From Wallemia ichthyophaga EXF-994 (lineage: Eukaryota; Fungi; Basidiomycota), in contig NW_008806280.1 of NCBI RefSeq assembly GCF_000400465.1, positions 20,001-268,000 on the forward strand: 248,000 bases of DNA. The letters are read 5' to 3'. This document shows, one piece after another, positions 164,769 to 178,900 of the stretch. The translations under genes were made by a program, and so were the position numbers. The notes beneath the pieces are model-generated. The model did not search any database and was not told the DNA's origin. It saw only the letters and a list, made by a program, of their open reading frames with translations. How positions within the stretch are numbered: the first letter of the stretch is position 1; each line of letters begins with the position of its first letter.

Positions 164769-167668
164769 CTACTTATCATTCCCGTCGACTTGATTGGCGT
164801 CATCGATTGCCTCCTCTATAATAGCCCCAGCTTCCCGTGTGGCTAACCATGCCTCTTCTGTCTTTGTGAGATTTTCTGCAGCTGCTACACCCTTTAATAT
164901 ACTAAGTTCACGTTTCTTGTGTTCTGTGCGACGAAGTTGACGGAGCATAAAGTCCTTGATGGAGATGAGTGGTGTGTCATTGGGAATTCTCGGTAGAGTC
165001 TGCTACTGTTAGCTCAACAAGTGCCGTCAATATTCAGCCTACCTCTAAGAAATTGAGATGCAAAGCTTGTGATCCTAGTAATGATGCTATCTCAGCAGAA
165101 AACACATCTCCATCAGCCATATAAACGTCCAATAAGATCCGCAAGAGGTGGCTTCGTAAAGGCGGCGCCACTGCCACCATTGAAGTGCGTGCCAGAGCAA
165201 CGAGCCAACAGTTGGAGAGGTGCGAATTGTCTATGCACTTTCTCGCCAAGCTACCGCTCAATATATAACCAGGAAAGGCGCAATAATGCTGCGATGTAAA
165301 TGTGTCTCTCAAGTTCCTTGCTAGTATATTTAAAGCTGCACTATGTTGCTCGAGCTGTGAATGGGCGTTAGCATGAGGTTGTCACACTTGCATGCTAAAC
165401 ACTTACCTTTCCAAGAATTACAGCCTTCTCGAATAACAACGTGCTCTCAGTGAAAGGGTGTAAAGCTGTTTCAATAGAATTCCAGTCAAGGTCGCTGGCC
165501 ATCTGTAAAAAAAGGAGTAATTTGAGACGAGAGATGATAGCATTCTTGGTCATTGGAGAGATTTCAGTGGTATCCAAAACTGCTGTGACATATTGAGCGT
165601 ATGACTGATCGTGCTTCTGCAACTTGTACTCCTCAATCAATCTCCACATATCCCCACTTATGTTACTGTCCTTCAATGCTTCGACGACATTCCCAATGAG
165701 CATGTCAAGAAGAGCCTGTCGCATTCCCGTATCTTCTCTGTTGCGCGCCAAGACGAGAATCTCAAGGTACTCCTGCTCAGCCACCTTGTCAGTCCGCCCA
165801 AGGGCTTCAAGTAATATTCCTTCGTCGATCGAAGTTCGCGGATGAGACGACAGCACTTGCAGACCAGCATTCCTGTCATACAAAATGAGCCATAAGCCGT
165901 ACTCAAGTAATAGATCCGCCTCTTCGACTCTGTTCAACAGCCGTATGATATCCCTAAGTGGATCAACCACGTCCTTATCAACGATTGTTTGTTCAATAAA
166001 TCTTTTGTGTATTTTGATAGCCTCTTTGATGTCTCCATGAGATTCATAGAGGCGGGATAGTGCAGCGTATCTGCCATATCTGGTGAACCAAGGCTCAGCA
166101 ATGGGTAGCAAGATGTTGTTGGAATTGTTTATAAACACGTTCAAAGCATTCCTATCTTTATCCGACCTCTCAGCAAATATAATAGCCAAGCACGTATCTA
166201 AAATCATGTCTGTATATGACTCTGATTCATGATAAGTCGCCTGCCTTGCTCGCCTCCTCCGTCTATGCTCCTTGCTGAGACATTCAAGTAGCATGCTTCT
166301 TGCATTTTCCATCAATGAGTCGTAAAGTTGTCGAACTGGCTCGTCGCTCTCAACGTTTAAATACGGCGAGTAGTTTTTTTCAAGATTGCCAACGATAAGG
166401 TCTTTTATTGTACGAGGTATATTTTCAATAAGATTGGCAATCCCCAAAGGAATCTTGACAAACTCATCCGGGTCGAATAAACCAGCGGTGAGGTCAGGAA
166501 ACCAGCTGAGGATGAGGCGAATGTCACATTGGGATTTAGAGAATAGAGCAGAGGCATCACTGAAGGATGTCGATCTAAATAGCTGGAGGGCTGCGTAAAG
166601 GTGAATGTAGTAACTTTCGAGTGAATCTGTAGGCAGACTGTTGGCGAGAGATAACGCCTGCTGTCTGGCGTTGTCGTTCTCCATATCCAGGAGGTATATT
166701 GATTGGTCGAAGATTGAGGGAGGAATGAAAGCGTGTATGCTGCCAGTGTCAGTTGCCAAGATGACTTGGGTCGATTCAAGCTGGGAAGAGGAGTTTGAAG
166801 GGCGGTTTGAAGCGTTTGAGTAGTCTACAGAGGTATTCAACAAAGGAAAAGAAACAAAGTGTAGCTGATTGGGTATTGATTGAGGAATGCTTAGACCGAG
166901 TGGAGTGGATTGGAGGAACATGGGATGTAAATGAGATAGGGATAGAGAATGAATAAGAGAATGTGTAATTGTGGAGTGGATCTGCAGAGTGTTGTTGCTC
167001 AGAAGGGTGAATAAGTGAGGGGATTGGTGCACAATGGATTTTATGGTTGAAGGGAATTGAAGAGGGCCGTGTTTGGGTTCACCAGAGTACGAGTCGATGA
167101 AGACACCAACAGCACCCAAATCGTTATGCGTAATCATTAAAAACTCGTCAGCGTCATCGATAGAGGTGATGGACGGAGAGCCTTCAAAGGGCAATAAGGG
167201 GAGGAGTACGGAGTTAGTGAGGTTGAGGAGGCTATACGTGTTTGCAGTATCAGCCAAGCAAATGACGTCATTGTTTATAGCTGAGTCTAAGTGAAGAGAA
167301 GGCAAAGGTAGTTCGTTGATGACGGTGAGTCTTGGACTGAGTTTGAGACGACCGATGCTGGACTGTCTGATGACTACGATTGAGTTGCTAGATTGAAGGA
167401 GTTTAATAACGTTTCTGATATTTGATTTCTGTGGGTTGTAGCCGTTCAAGTGGTATAAGACACCATCTGTATCGAGCATAACGAGCGAATTGTTGAATTG
167501 TAGAATCTGTTTAGGCGTAAAATCGAGGTTGATGTTATTGTACGTGTTATGCCTATAAGACTGGAATTGAAGCTGATTGGTCGATCCAACAATCAGCGAA
167601 TCATCTGCAAGCTGGGTCAGGGATGCAGAGGATGTAGCAATAGAACCGACTAAAATGGTACAAGATAT
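164769..167668 (-). CDS. CNH-domain Vps3/TRAP1-like CORVET subunit
   Basis: CNH region GA.GVFI..G.P..GPL.F; Vps39-type repeat; start codon unclear. Confidence 0.75.
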
Positions 167669-167694
167669 TTATTGGTTTCGTTGTGTTTGTGAAA

Positions 167695-168118
167695 TTATTC
167701 AGCTTGAATGGCTTGAGCATCTGATGGTCGTTGGTTGTTAAGCCATACGCTATATTGCTGCCTATGTAACGCTTGAATTACATCTTGGTGCTTTATAGAC
167801 TCTCTAAACTTAGGTTCCATCAGTAAATCCAAGTTGTGTAAGCAGTGCGGGTATGTTATGAATTTGATGTATTCGGGACTATTTATAAAGATCAGCTGGT
167901 TTATCTAAAACACCTTAAATTACCCACTCCCTCCAATAATTCAGGTACTTAATATATTTTATAAACTCCGGCTTATCAAAGTACCCTTGCTGGGCTAATG
168001 CGTGGAGATAGAATGGATGGGCCAGTGACTGCACAAACTCAAGCTCAATCTCAAATTTATTTCTATTTTCTGTTTTCTGTTTGTCTTGTGTATCATGTGT
168101 CTCTTTCTCCCCTTCCAT
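167695..168118 (-). CDS. SOH1: Mediator subunit Med31
   Basis: [15 protein letters not shown]; second exon YPHCL. Confidence 0.92.
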
Positions 168119-168172
168119 TTGTTGTTCCCCAGTGATGGTGATGGTTCAATCAATACATGTACGTTTACATCT

Positions 168173-170304
168173 TTATTCTTCTCCCTCTGCTTCCAAATCT
168201 AGTCCTACCAACTTGGGCGATGGCGGGAGTGGTTTACTCCACCTCTCCTCACTCGATACCTTGGGTGTTTCTCCTTCCGTCATCCCGAGCATCTCCTCCA
168301 GCTCTTTCTGTGCTTGATCCCACCTTCTCAACGAATCTTCTACAGGCGACCTCTCCTGTACAACTGTCTCTTGTGTTTTGTCATCACTCGACCTTCCTTC
168401 CCTCTCCTCGTTGTACTCTCCCCCTTTCACCTCTTTCTCATTTTGCTCCAAATCCACTTCCGTCTCTACCCGCCTCAATCCCTCTACCCCATTTGATTCT
168501 CCACTGTCTTCATCTTCATCCGATGAGCTAACGTCATCTACGTTGTACCCAAACGCAAGACTTGATCCCCTTGGTGCGATTATTGGTGCAGTTCTCTCGG
168601 GCTGTTTTTCTGATAACTGTGTATTTACCGTCGGTGTAATACCTGTGCTAACATATCCAACCGTCTCTGTCGGTGAGCGCAGCGTATCCAGCCACTCATC
168701 TTCACTGTCCTTTTGTGTAGCCTCTCGCCCAAGCGCTGCTTCATACATCCCGCTCCCTCCGTCGTCGAGATGATCATCTGTGCTTGAAGCATTCGCATTA
168801 GTTTTCTTCCTTATCCACCCCCTCCTATCTCGTCTCTTGTTTAATAACTTTTCTGTAAAGGGTGAGATACTCGATGTTCTTTGTGTTGATCTGAAAAGCA
168901 AACTTGTTCCTGAACTTGATGTCGATTGTTCATTTTGTACATCCCCAATATAGCTTCGACGTATTATCCTACCTAACCTCTCAACCCGGTCCTGACTTGT
169001 GTCAGATGCACGTATTGATGATACTACCAGTGACATCTGCTGCAGCCGCGGTATTGGACTAAAGGCACTTGTTTTGGGTTGCGTAGAGCTAGCCGCTATT
169101 GCTGCTGCTGTTGACGGTAGTGAATCTGGTATACTTTGGTAAGCAGACTTTAACGAACTAAGTGACTGCTTCGACTGTGGTCCCGATGTAGGTGTTACAG
169201 GTACAGCCTCATCGCATAAATCCATAAATAACCTCTCTAATTTTCCAAATAGTGGTATAATCAACTGATCTCTGAAACCCTTTATCACTGACTTGCGCAC
169301 ATTCATCACTGACGGTAATAACGCCACCTTGCTCGTTGATTCGTCGTTATACGACAGATTATGACTCGATCCATCCCCCGTTTTCGCAGAGTTTGCTGTT
169401 GATGATTTTGCTAGTGCCTGAATATGTGTATCTGTGCTATACGGTAGAAATACTCCTTCAAGAAGAGGTAAAACCTGACCGAAGAAGAATGTCCTGTTGT
169501 GAGCCCACTCAGTTGAGGTATTCTGATATGAAATTTAAGTCACCCTACCAAATTTCAACGGTACGTGTCGCAAAACGATCAGTACTCTCATCGACATGTT
169601 GAACAAGCTTGGCTCGAAGCGTAAGCATGCCAATACTGATCAGGTTGTTAAAATCAGTGGAAAGGCTTTCAATCACGCGCGATGGTTTTGAGCGAGCGAT
169701 AGTGTCTCTGATATGAATAATGACCAACGCGTTTAAATCTTCCAAAGATGTTATCTGCGTATGCGTCAATACGTCGACGTCGAGTGATAGAGAAAATGGA
169801 TTATAAAAGAACCATCAAACTCACCATGTTCTCGCCATTGAACAATGGCAGTACTTTGACGCATATCGCCTGCCAGGAATCGCCGTGGAGCTCAATGGCA
169901 CTAGCTATATCCTTACCCAAGCCGCCCTTGGCAGTGCTAGAGCTATTGCCACTACCACCAAACGCAGCGCTGTTGGAGGTTGCTGGAGCGTGCGAGAAAG
170001 AGGGTGACGTTTGATTGTACTTGCTGGAATTTCCTGGCTTTGATGACGCCAATTTGTGGAAAGTGCGATGAACTCTGGGTGAATGATGGATAGTGTGTGA
170101 GTGAGTTGAAGGATTTGGGGAACTGGGATTTGTTATTGGAGCTGAAATGCTGTTTGGATCGAGCTTCCGGCTGCTCGATGGGCTGGCAGGCGGCACATTC
170201 AGCAGCTGCGATCTCGATGGCGTTGAAGATGGAAATAGAGATGGTGAGATATTTGCAGATGAGTTTGGTATATTAAGCCGCAAATCACTCGGCTTGGTCG
170301 GCAT
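168173..170304 (-). CDS. HbrB/Bit61 (Protor) TORC2 subunit
   Basis: W..ICVKVLPLFNGE; GFRD.LIIP. Confidence 0.8.
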
Positions 170305-170423
170305 AGTGGCGGGGAGATGGCTGTGGTAAAGGAGGAAAGAGGACCAGCCAAGGAAATAATTATTATTTACAATTTTGGTATTCTACGCTCAAATCCTTTT
170401 TATCTTCTTGATCCACTCCATCG

Positions 170424-173400
170424 ATGGCTGATCAACTCGAGTCTTTCATTGACAGACTCACCGGTGCTGTAGCGCTGCAGGATAGCCCGCTACCATCTAT
170501 TGTCGCCGAGGATTCCTCCGTGTGGGTGAAGCGCTTTCTTCACCTCCGATCTCCGATCTTAACGCCTAGGCTTTGCAGAACACTCCCAGTTGAATCGCAA
170601 TATCCAACAGACAAAGACAGCTCAACAACAGTCACGCGCTTGATCAACGACAGAAAAGCTGCCTTGTCTCTTCAGGCGTCTACCGCTCAAGGCGGTCCCT
170701 CTGGCTCCACCGCCACGACAGACGCACTCAACAATCTACTCAAGTTTGTCGCTTGCTTTGTTTTTTAGTGGATTTTAATGGCTCACTGTTTCCAGCTTCA
170801 TCGGTTCTACCTTTGGCGATGCTGATATGCACGATAAGATTGTGTTTGAGGTGTCTTCGCTGCTCAATTCCCCACGTTCCACGGACGATATCTCTTCTGC
170901 TCTAGTCGACACGCTTGGCTTCGATGCTCTTGATCTTATCGCCCAAGTTCTCTCCAATAGGGCTGAAATCGGTCTTGGATTGAATGACGTCGTGAGTTTA
171001 TCCGGTGTGTTACCTCACCCCTGCTCATCCCAATAGATGTCCTTGAACGCTCGCAACGCCGAGCAGCACTCTAAATCTCACAAGCGTGAGAAAGCACGCC
171101 ACAATGACTTGGAGGGTGCGTTTCGTGGTCTCTATCGCCAATGTCTCACCTTCCTCAGAATCCTACCTCACAATCAGCCCCGAAGAAGCTCGCAGGAGAA
171201 AGGAGGAAGAGCGCCAGCTAAACTCAAAGCGTCCATTATTCTCAAATGAAGGAGGCGTATGTGTCTGCATTTATCACCCATCATCAGCTGACACACTACA
171301 AGTCGATCGAAGAGCCAAACTATCCACATGTCTACAAGAATTCGGCCAATGGTGGTAATATCCTCTCCACTATGGGTTCTCGCTATATGCTACCCTTAGG
171401 CACAACGAAAGACCATTTCGACGTGGGTTGCATTTTATTACTAGCTATACTATCTAATATTACATCAAGAACTACGACGAAATCACTATACCTCCCTCAA
171501 AACCTATTCCACCAAAGATTCATGAACGCATCGTCGAAATTGGAGAAATGGACGCTCTCTGTCAACGATCTTTTAAGGTGTGCATCGCTTGCAATCGACT
171601 ACAACTGCAACTCTAATCTTCTGTCAGGGTTACGAAAAGCTCAATAGAGTTCAGTCTGTGGTCTACCCTACCGCTTACACAACTAATGAGAATATGCTCG
171701 TCTGTGGTGTGTATTAAAAGCGCTTAAACGACACCCACTAACATATCATAAAGCACCCACCGGAGCTGGTAAAACAGACGTTGCTATGCTCACAATTTTG
171801 AGGGTTGTCTCACAGTTTGCGGATGAGAACAAACTTACTTTTGGTCCTGGAAAGGGCAAAGGGTCTGCAAGTTTTGGTGTTAGGCTGGATGACTTCAAAA
171901 TTATCTATGTCGCACCAATGAAAGCACTGGCCGCTGAAATCACAGCCAAACTCGGCAAACGTCTAAGTTGGCTCGACATCAAAGTGAGAGAGCTAACAGG
172001 TGACACACAATTAACAAAAGCGGAAGTCAATGCAACTCAGATTATTGTCACCACGCCAGAAAAATGGGACGTTGTTACACGGAAACCAACTGGCGAGGGT
172101 GATCTCGCCTCAAAGGTCAAGCTGCTTATTATCGATGAAGTTCACCTGCTCAATGAAGACAGAGGTGCAGTTATTGAAACTATAGTTGCCAGAACTTTGC
172201 GCCAGGTTGAAGCTACCCAGTCTCTTATTAGAATTGTCGGTCTCAGTGCTACTTTGCCCAATTATGTCGATGTAGCCGATTTCCTTAGAGTGTCACGATA
172301 CAAGGGACTGTTCTATTTTGATGGCTCCTTCAGGCCAATCCCGTTAGAGCAACACTTTATTGGCGTCAAAGGCAAGCCGGGAAGCTCCCAATCTAAGAAA
172401 AATCTTGACCAAGCAGCCTATGAAAAAGCTGTCGAGCTAGCTGAGCAGGGTCATTCAGTTATGGTGTTTGTTCATGCTCGTAAAGAGACAGTCAAGACTG
172501 CTGAAACGTTGCTCGAGTATGCTAAAAAAGACAACCAGTTGGAAGCATTCGACTGCTCTGAGCACCCCCGTTATCATATACACAAGCGTGACATTGCACA
172601 GTCGAGAAACAAAGAGATGAGGCAGCTATTTGAAAAGGGCTTCGGTATACATCACGCTGGTATGCTTCGTTCGGATCGTAATATGATGGAAAGAATGTTC
172701 GAAGATGGTGCTCTCAAGATATTGTGTTGCACCTCTACACTTGCTTGGGGTGTTAATTTGCCGGCCCACGCTGTCATCATTAAGGGAACTCAAGTTTACG
172801 ATAGCAGTAAGGGTGCTTTCTCTGATCTTTCCATTCTCGATGTACTACAAATATTTGGTAGGAGTGGTCGACCTGGCTACTCGACGAGTGGTGTGGCATG
172901 GCTGTGTACATCTTATGAAAAGCTCGATGATTATATTCAAGCTGTTCTGTCCTCCCATGCAATTGAATCCAAATTCCATACCGGAATCGTCGACGCTTTA
173001 AATGCTGAAATATCTCTAGGCTCTGTCTCTAATGTAAGTGAAGCTGTTCAGTGGTTATCGTTCACATATATGTTCGTGCGCATGAGGAAAAATCCACTAA
173101 TGTACGGCATGGATCACGATGAACCACTCAATGACCCGCTTCTTGGGAACAAGCGCAACATGCTGATAATGTCAGCTGCGCGTCAACTAGCACTAGCAAA
173201 GATGATCAAGTTTGATGAAAATGACATGATGTTCGAGTCGGACGATATGGGTAGAATTGCTTCAAGGTTCTACATATGTCATGAATCCATCAATATCTAC
173301 AATAAAGAGCTCAACCCAACTATGTCGGAGGCTGATATTATGAGTGTCTTGTGTCAATCAGTGGAGTTTGACCAGATACAGATGCGTGATTCTGAGGTGC

Positions 173401-175763
173401 CTGAGCTTAAGCATCTCATGGAAGACATCTGTCCGTGTCAAGTCAAAGGTGGCACAGATACCAGTCAGGGCAAATGTAACATTCTCCTGCAAGCTTACAT
173501 TAGTAGAGCCTATATTGATGACTTTGCGTTGGTGTCTGACTCCAACTATGTTGCACAGAATGGCGCAAGACTGATACGAGCCCTACTCGACATTGGTCTC
173601 AGTAAAAAGTGGGCGGTGACGACATCTGGAGTTATCTCAATGAGCAAAGCCCTAGAGCAACGTTTGTGGCCGTATGAGCATCCTATGAAACAGCAATTCG
173701 GTCTCAGAAACGAAGTCATTTACAATATTACTCGCTGGGCAGATGAAACTACGATACAAGAGTTAGCTGAGCTCAGTCCAGCGGAGCTAGGTAGTTTGAT
173801 TCATCTCAATGAATCACATGGAGCAGCTCTGCATAGGATTGTTAAGAGTTTCCCTACCCTTTCTCTCAGTGTATACTTGAAGCCGCTTAGCCATGAGGTC
173901 CTCAAGCTGCAAATACACGCAAAGCCAAAATTCGCCTGGAATGAAAGAATAAGTGGCACGATGGAAAATTTCTTCTTAATTGCTGAGAGCGAAGACGAGC
174001 TCGATATCTTGCAGTGGACCAACGTTCAAATCAGGCCCACTACGGAGGAAACTAGTATTGACTTCATTTTGCGTATAGAAAACGATAAGAAGCCAGACTT
174101 TATCACCTTGAGATCGGCTTCTGAGAGATGGCTAGGATCTGAAGATCTTGTGTCGGTGTCATTTGAGGATCTGATCATGCCGGCTTCACCTAGTCCTCCA
174201 ACGGAGATTATTGATTTGCCATTCTTACCAGTGTCGGGACTCAGCAATTTAAAGCTTGAGCAAGCCTTGAACAGTATAGGTATCCGTAATTTCAATCCAA
174301 TTCAGACTCAGTGCTTTGAGCCATTCTATGTCTACTCAGACAATGTGCTGCTATGCGCTCCTGTTTACGCAGGCAAGTCAATTCTTTCTCAATTATCGAT
174401 TTGGTGCGTAGTGCGCGTTATATGAGTGCATCTTTTGCTAAACGAAGCATTCAGGAAAGCATTCACATTACAGCGCAACACACGTGCACTTATAGTTACG
174501 CCAACAGCTACTTTGGCCCGTGAGACTGCCCACGTGCTTACTACAAAGTTTTCCAAAGCGATGAGTGTCAATGTCCTCAACCTGCATTCAAAGGCAGAGC
174601 AGCGGGAGTCACAGCTGAAGCAAAATAGGGTTGTGTTTGTTGCGAGTGCGAATGTGCTCCAAGATCTACTCTGCAGTGGACAGAAAGATCAGCTTCTGGA
174701 TGACCTGTCGATATTAGTTGCAGACGATTTGCATCTTATGGGCTCCGCTTATGAAATAGCTCTGTCAGTAGTGAAGCAATCTGTCTCAGATACACGCTTT
174801 ATCGGGATCAGCGCATCTCTCGATAACATTGAAGACCTGAGGAAGTGGCTGCGCGTTGATCCTGCGCTTACATACAATTTTGCACCAAAACATCGTACGC
174901 TGCCGATAAGCACTAATGTTCAATCGCACTCAGTCGTGCCAACGTCTGCTTTCATGAAAGCTCTTATTAAGCCAACGTACGCGCTCATCAAAATAGCTCC
175001 CAAAGGAGCAATAATATTTGTCCCTACACGCACTCAATGCAGAAGTGTTGCGTCAGATTTGATTACGCTCTCGGCAACGGATTCAGATTATATTGGACTG
175101 GCGACCGAAGAATCTGTAGCGCTGGAACCCTACCTCGATAGATTATCTGACAAGACTTTGGTGGGATATCTTGTCAATGGCATAGGAATTTACTACACTG
175201 GCTTGCCTTTAGAGGATCTAGCATTGATCTTGGAGCTTTTTTTGACGGGTGTGCTACGCGCATTGATCGTTCCCAGAGATATGTGCTGGTCGTTGCCGGT
175301 ACGCGCTTCAACAGTGTGTGTGATGAACACCCAGTACCTGTCTACAAAGAATGTCAAGGACAGCAGTGGACAGGAGAAGGCTGACAAACAGGTGCAAGAG
175401 TATTCACTTTCGGAGGTCGCTCATATGCAGGCATTCGCGAGCGCAGACGTTGAAGGCGATAGCGAGGCTACACGTACTTGTGTATTGATGGCGCAGGAAA
175501 ATGGGAACAAGGAGCTTTATTCGTACTTCCTCAATGCGGGTCTTCCACTTGAATCACGTTTGAGTGAGGATGATGAACTGCTCTATTATGTCAAGCACGA
175601 GAGGAATTACGGCAGGATAAAGGATGTTGGGCAAGTCGACAAGCTACTCAAGCAGACGTATTACGTCAGAAGATCTAAGACAAACCCAACTTATTACGAT
175701 GCCAAAGGCGATGGCGTTAGGGCATTGGCGAATAAGATATGGAATGCATCAAGTGATGTGTAA
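170424..175763 (+). CDS. SLH1: Ski2-like Sec63 helicase (ASCC3)
   Basis: [23 protein letters not shown], Sec63 domain; second cassette degenerate. Confidence 0.9.
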
Positions 175764-175929
175764 ATGCATTATTAGACAATTTTCTTATCTTAATTGAGAC
175801 AAATTGACAAGACAGAGGATATTGCGTGTTCGTCGAAATGAGTATTGGGCGCAGAGCTTTTGCTGTAAGCTATACGTATACATTGTGATTTCGTTTGAAA
175901 CATTCTTCCTTTATAACCATCAACGGAGA

Positions 175930-178900
175930 ATGCGCAGGCTAGGTTTCTTTCTGACAGCTTGCTTGGCTTATGTAAACGCTGATCTACACACGCCGCCCCC
176001 GGTACACGTAGACGTGCAAGCTAGTTGGAGCCAGCCGCCTTACTGCGAGATAGCGATGTGAGCAATGAAGCTGCAGTGCGATGCGTCTAACAAGACGAAG
176101 GGAAGCAGCCTACAGACTACAACCAGGAATGTTTGGCAGGCTATTGGATACCATTGATTGCACAAACACGCCAGAGAAGATATATACCCAAGTAAGAAGT
176201 GAAATCACTAAGTCGAAGCAGTCACTGTTCGATCTTCATATGGCCCTGGAATCAAGCTCACCGGCAATAATAGCCTCCAGAAGCATATTAGAGAGCGAAG
176301 GATTTTCATTTGATCCGGAATGCCCGAATTTTATCAGCTATCAAGGCCGCAAGATATGTGACGTAGACGAGGTTAGTACACTCGACCAACAAGCTTGGCC
176401 TGAATCAACGTGAGTTGCATTCACTGTCAAATTACTCCAACTAAAGGCATCAGCGCGATCGTTGATACCGCGATCGACCATATTCTCTCAGAGCCTTCAT
176501 CTGCAGCCCCGCCAACTATCATCCACTACGCAGACCCAACTGCGCACAATTTCAAAAGTTTCTATGACTTCTTTAAGAAGCGCACGAAAGTCTTGAAGTA
176601 CGTCATACGATGGGCACCCACCAACGCCTCGTCTCAGCCTCAAAAATTGGCGGGATGGGGTGTCAAGTTGGATCTTAAGAAGCGCGAGTATCTCTCACTC
176701 GACGATAGAACTGTTTCAAAGAGGGCTGATGATATCAAGACAAACGTAATATCCAGTGAGGACTACAATTTCCTGCCACGCAAGCTGCAAGAGGCTTTTG
176801 GCCAGTCTCTCGTCAATTTTGAAGGAAATGACAATATCAAGACATTGTCCAGCAACTTAATCGCTCTCTTGCAGCAATCAGACAATCAATTAGAGTTACT
176901 GAACACAATTTCCCAGAATCTCCCTCTGTTAGCCCCTGCTCTTGCTGATGGCGCTTTTGAAGGAGCAGAAAATGTGCTTAACGAGCTTTCATTCAATCAG
177001 GACAAGTACCTCAAAGCCGGACAGAATGCTATCTGGCTGAACGGACGTAGGATGTATGATAAAGACCTTGAGCCATTCACGTAAGTCTGAATCAACAAAG
177101 ACCACAACTCTAATAGTACCAGGCTTTTACGTCAACTGGAATCAGAGAATTTGCTCATTGGCGCTATCACAGATTTGGGTTTTTCTAGATCTGATGCGAT
177201 CAAAGTACTCAGTCATCGCGCTCTGTATGCATCTCAAATTATCAGACCAGATTCAGTAGCTGATGGCCTGGTTGATGCTTCAGATAGAATCGAAGAGGGT
177301 GGTGTAATTAGGTGGATGAACGATTTGGAGGATCACAAACAGTACAATGGAAAATTTTGGTCTCCCTATATGCGCAACCTGCTTAATCCTCTTGGAAAAG
177401 TAGCGAGAAACTATCTCAATGGGGTTCTCGTGATTGACTTATCAAACAAACAAGCAATTGAAATGTTATCAACAAACGTGAGAGCGTTCATCGATCGCGG
177501 CATCCCTGTGCGCTGGGGCGTTGTTCCTTACATTAATCCTCTCAATCATGACAGTAAGTCAGTTTGAGGTGCGGATTTGACTCACATACTGTTAGGTTTG
177601 ATGGCTGCAAAGCTGTTTTATGGCTTGATTGATAGCAGAGGAGTTGATACATGCCTAAACTACTTTGCTGAGGCTGTCGCTTACACAGGCACTTTTGCTG
177701 AAAGAGCAGAAGCTGCTTACTCTAATCTTCCAAGTGTGAATGGCACATTGTCTCAAGACGAGTTCGACACGACTGTGAAAAGCAAAGCAGTGAAAAATGA
177801 TTTAAAGAAAGCTCAAAGCTATACCAGACGTCTCGGCGTTAGTCCCGGTGAACATGAAGAGAGTTTTGCTGGTGAAATTTTTATCAACGGCCAACCTGTG
177901 CAGTTTGATGATGTGAGAGGCGCTTAGCATTCTCAAGCTCTACTGATAAGCTCCAGAAAACGATACTTACTCTTCAAGAACATATTACCTCGCAGACTGA
178001 AGCAATCACAAAGGCCGTTCGCAATGCTGAAATCGACGAGCGCAGTGATGTTTCTGTATTCTACTACGACAAGTCATCCACATTGAAACGCCGCAACAAG
178101 TATTTGCAACCCTCAAAAAAAAAAGCACACTATATCCAAACATATCCAAAATTGCTGGATGGTCCGTATGTTACTCCGGAGACACAAGATAGAACGGATG
178201 TAACGATATGGCTTGTTTCTGATTTCAACAAACCAGAAAGCCTTGAACTGATCAAACACGCACTATCAGGCATGATTATAAGTCCAACATTTAGGCTTGG
178301 CTTTGTGCACAATCCATCTGAATGTGAAACTGCTACTGGGACTATAAGTCAAATGTTAAGGATGCTGCCAGACAGAAGCTCGCCATTGGAATTTATCGAT
178401 GCGTTACAGAATCGTGGCGAGATTAGAGAAGATGCCGATGGGATAGTAAATGCTGGCGCTTGGATAAGCGAGACAGGAATCAACCCAGGTGATTCTGGAC
178501 TCATCGTAAATGGTCGCGTCATCGGTCCTATACCACCTAATGGCCTTGTCGAAGAAGATTATGTGTACTTATTCCAACGTGATTATGCGGAACGAGTGCT
178601 GCCGGTTGTCAAAGCCTTAGATGAGACATGCCCGCACCTACTCCAGGATGATCCAGACACTGTCGCTACTCTGCTGTCTAGGCTTGGCTCACTACTATGG
178701 AAAACCAATCAAAATGAGCAGCCAGAAGGAATTTACGAGCCTCCTTATACACCTAGAGCGCGCGTTTGGAATCGATTGCATACTAAATACACGTCTATAC
178801 AAGTAGGCAAAGAGCTGTCGTCCCAGTATTCGTTTGATGTGGTTTTGGATCCAATGAGCGAGCAAGGCCAAAAGCTGACAAAGATATTGATCGCTTTAGC

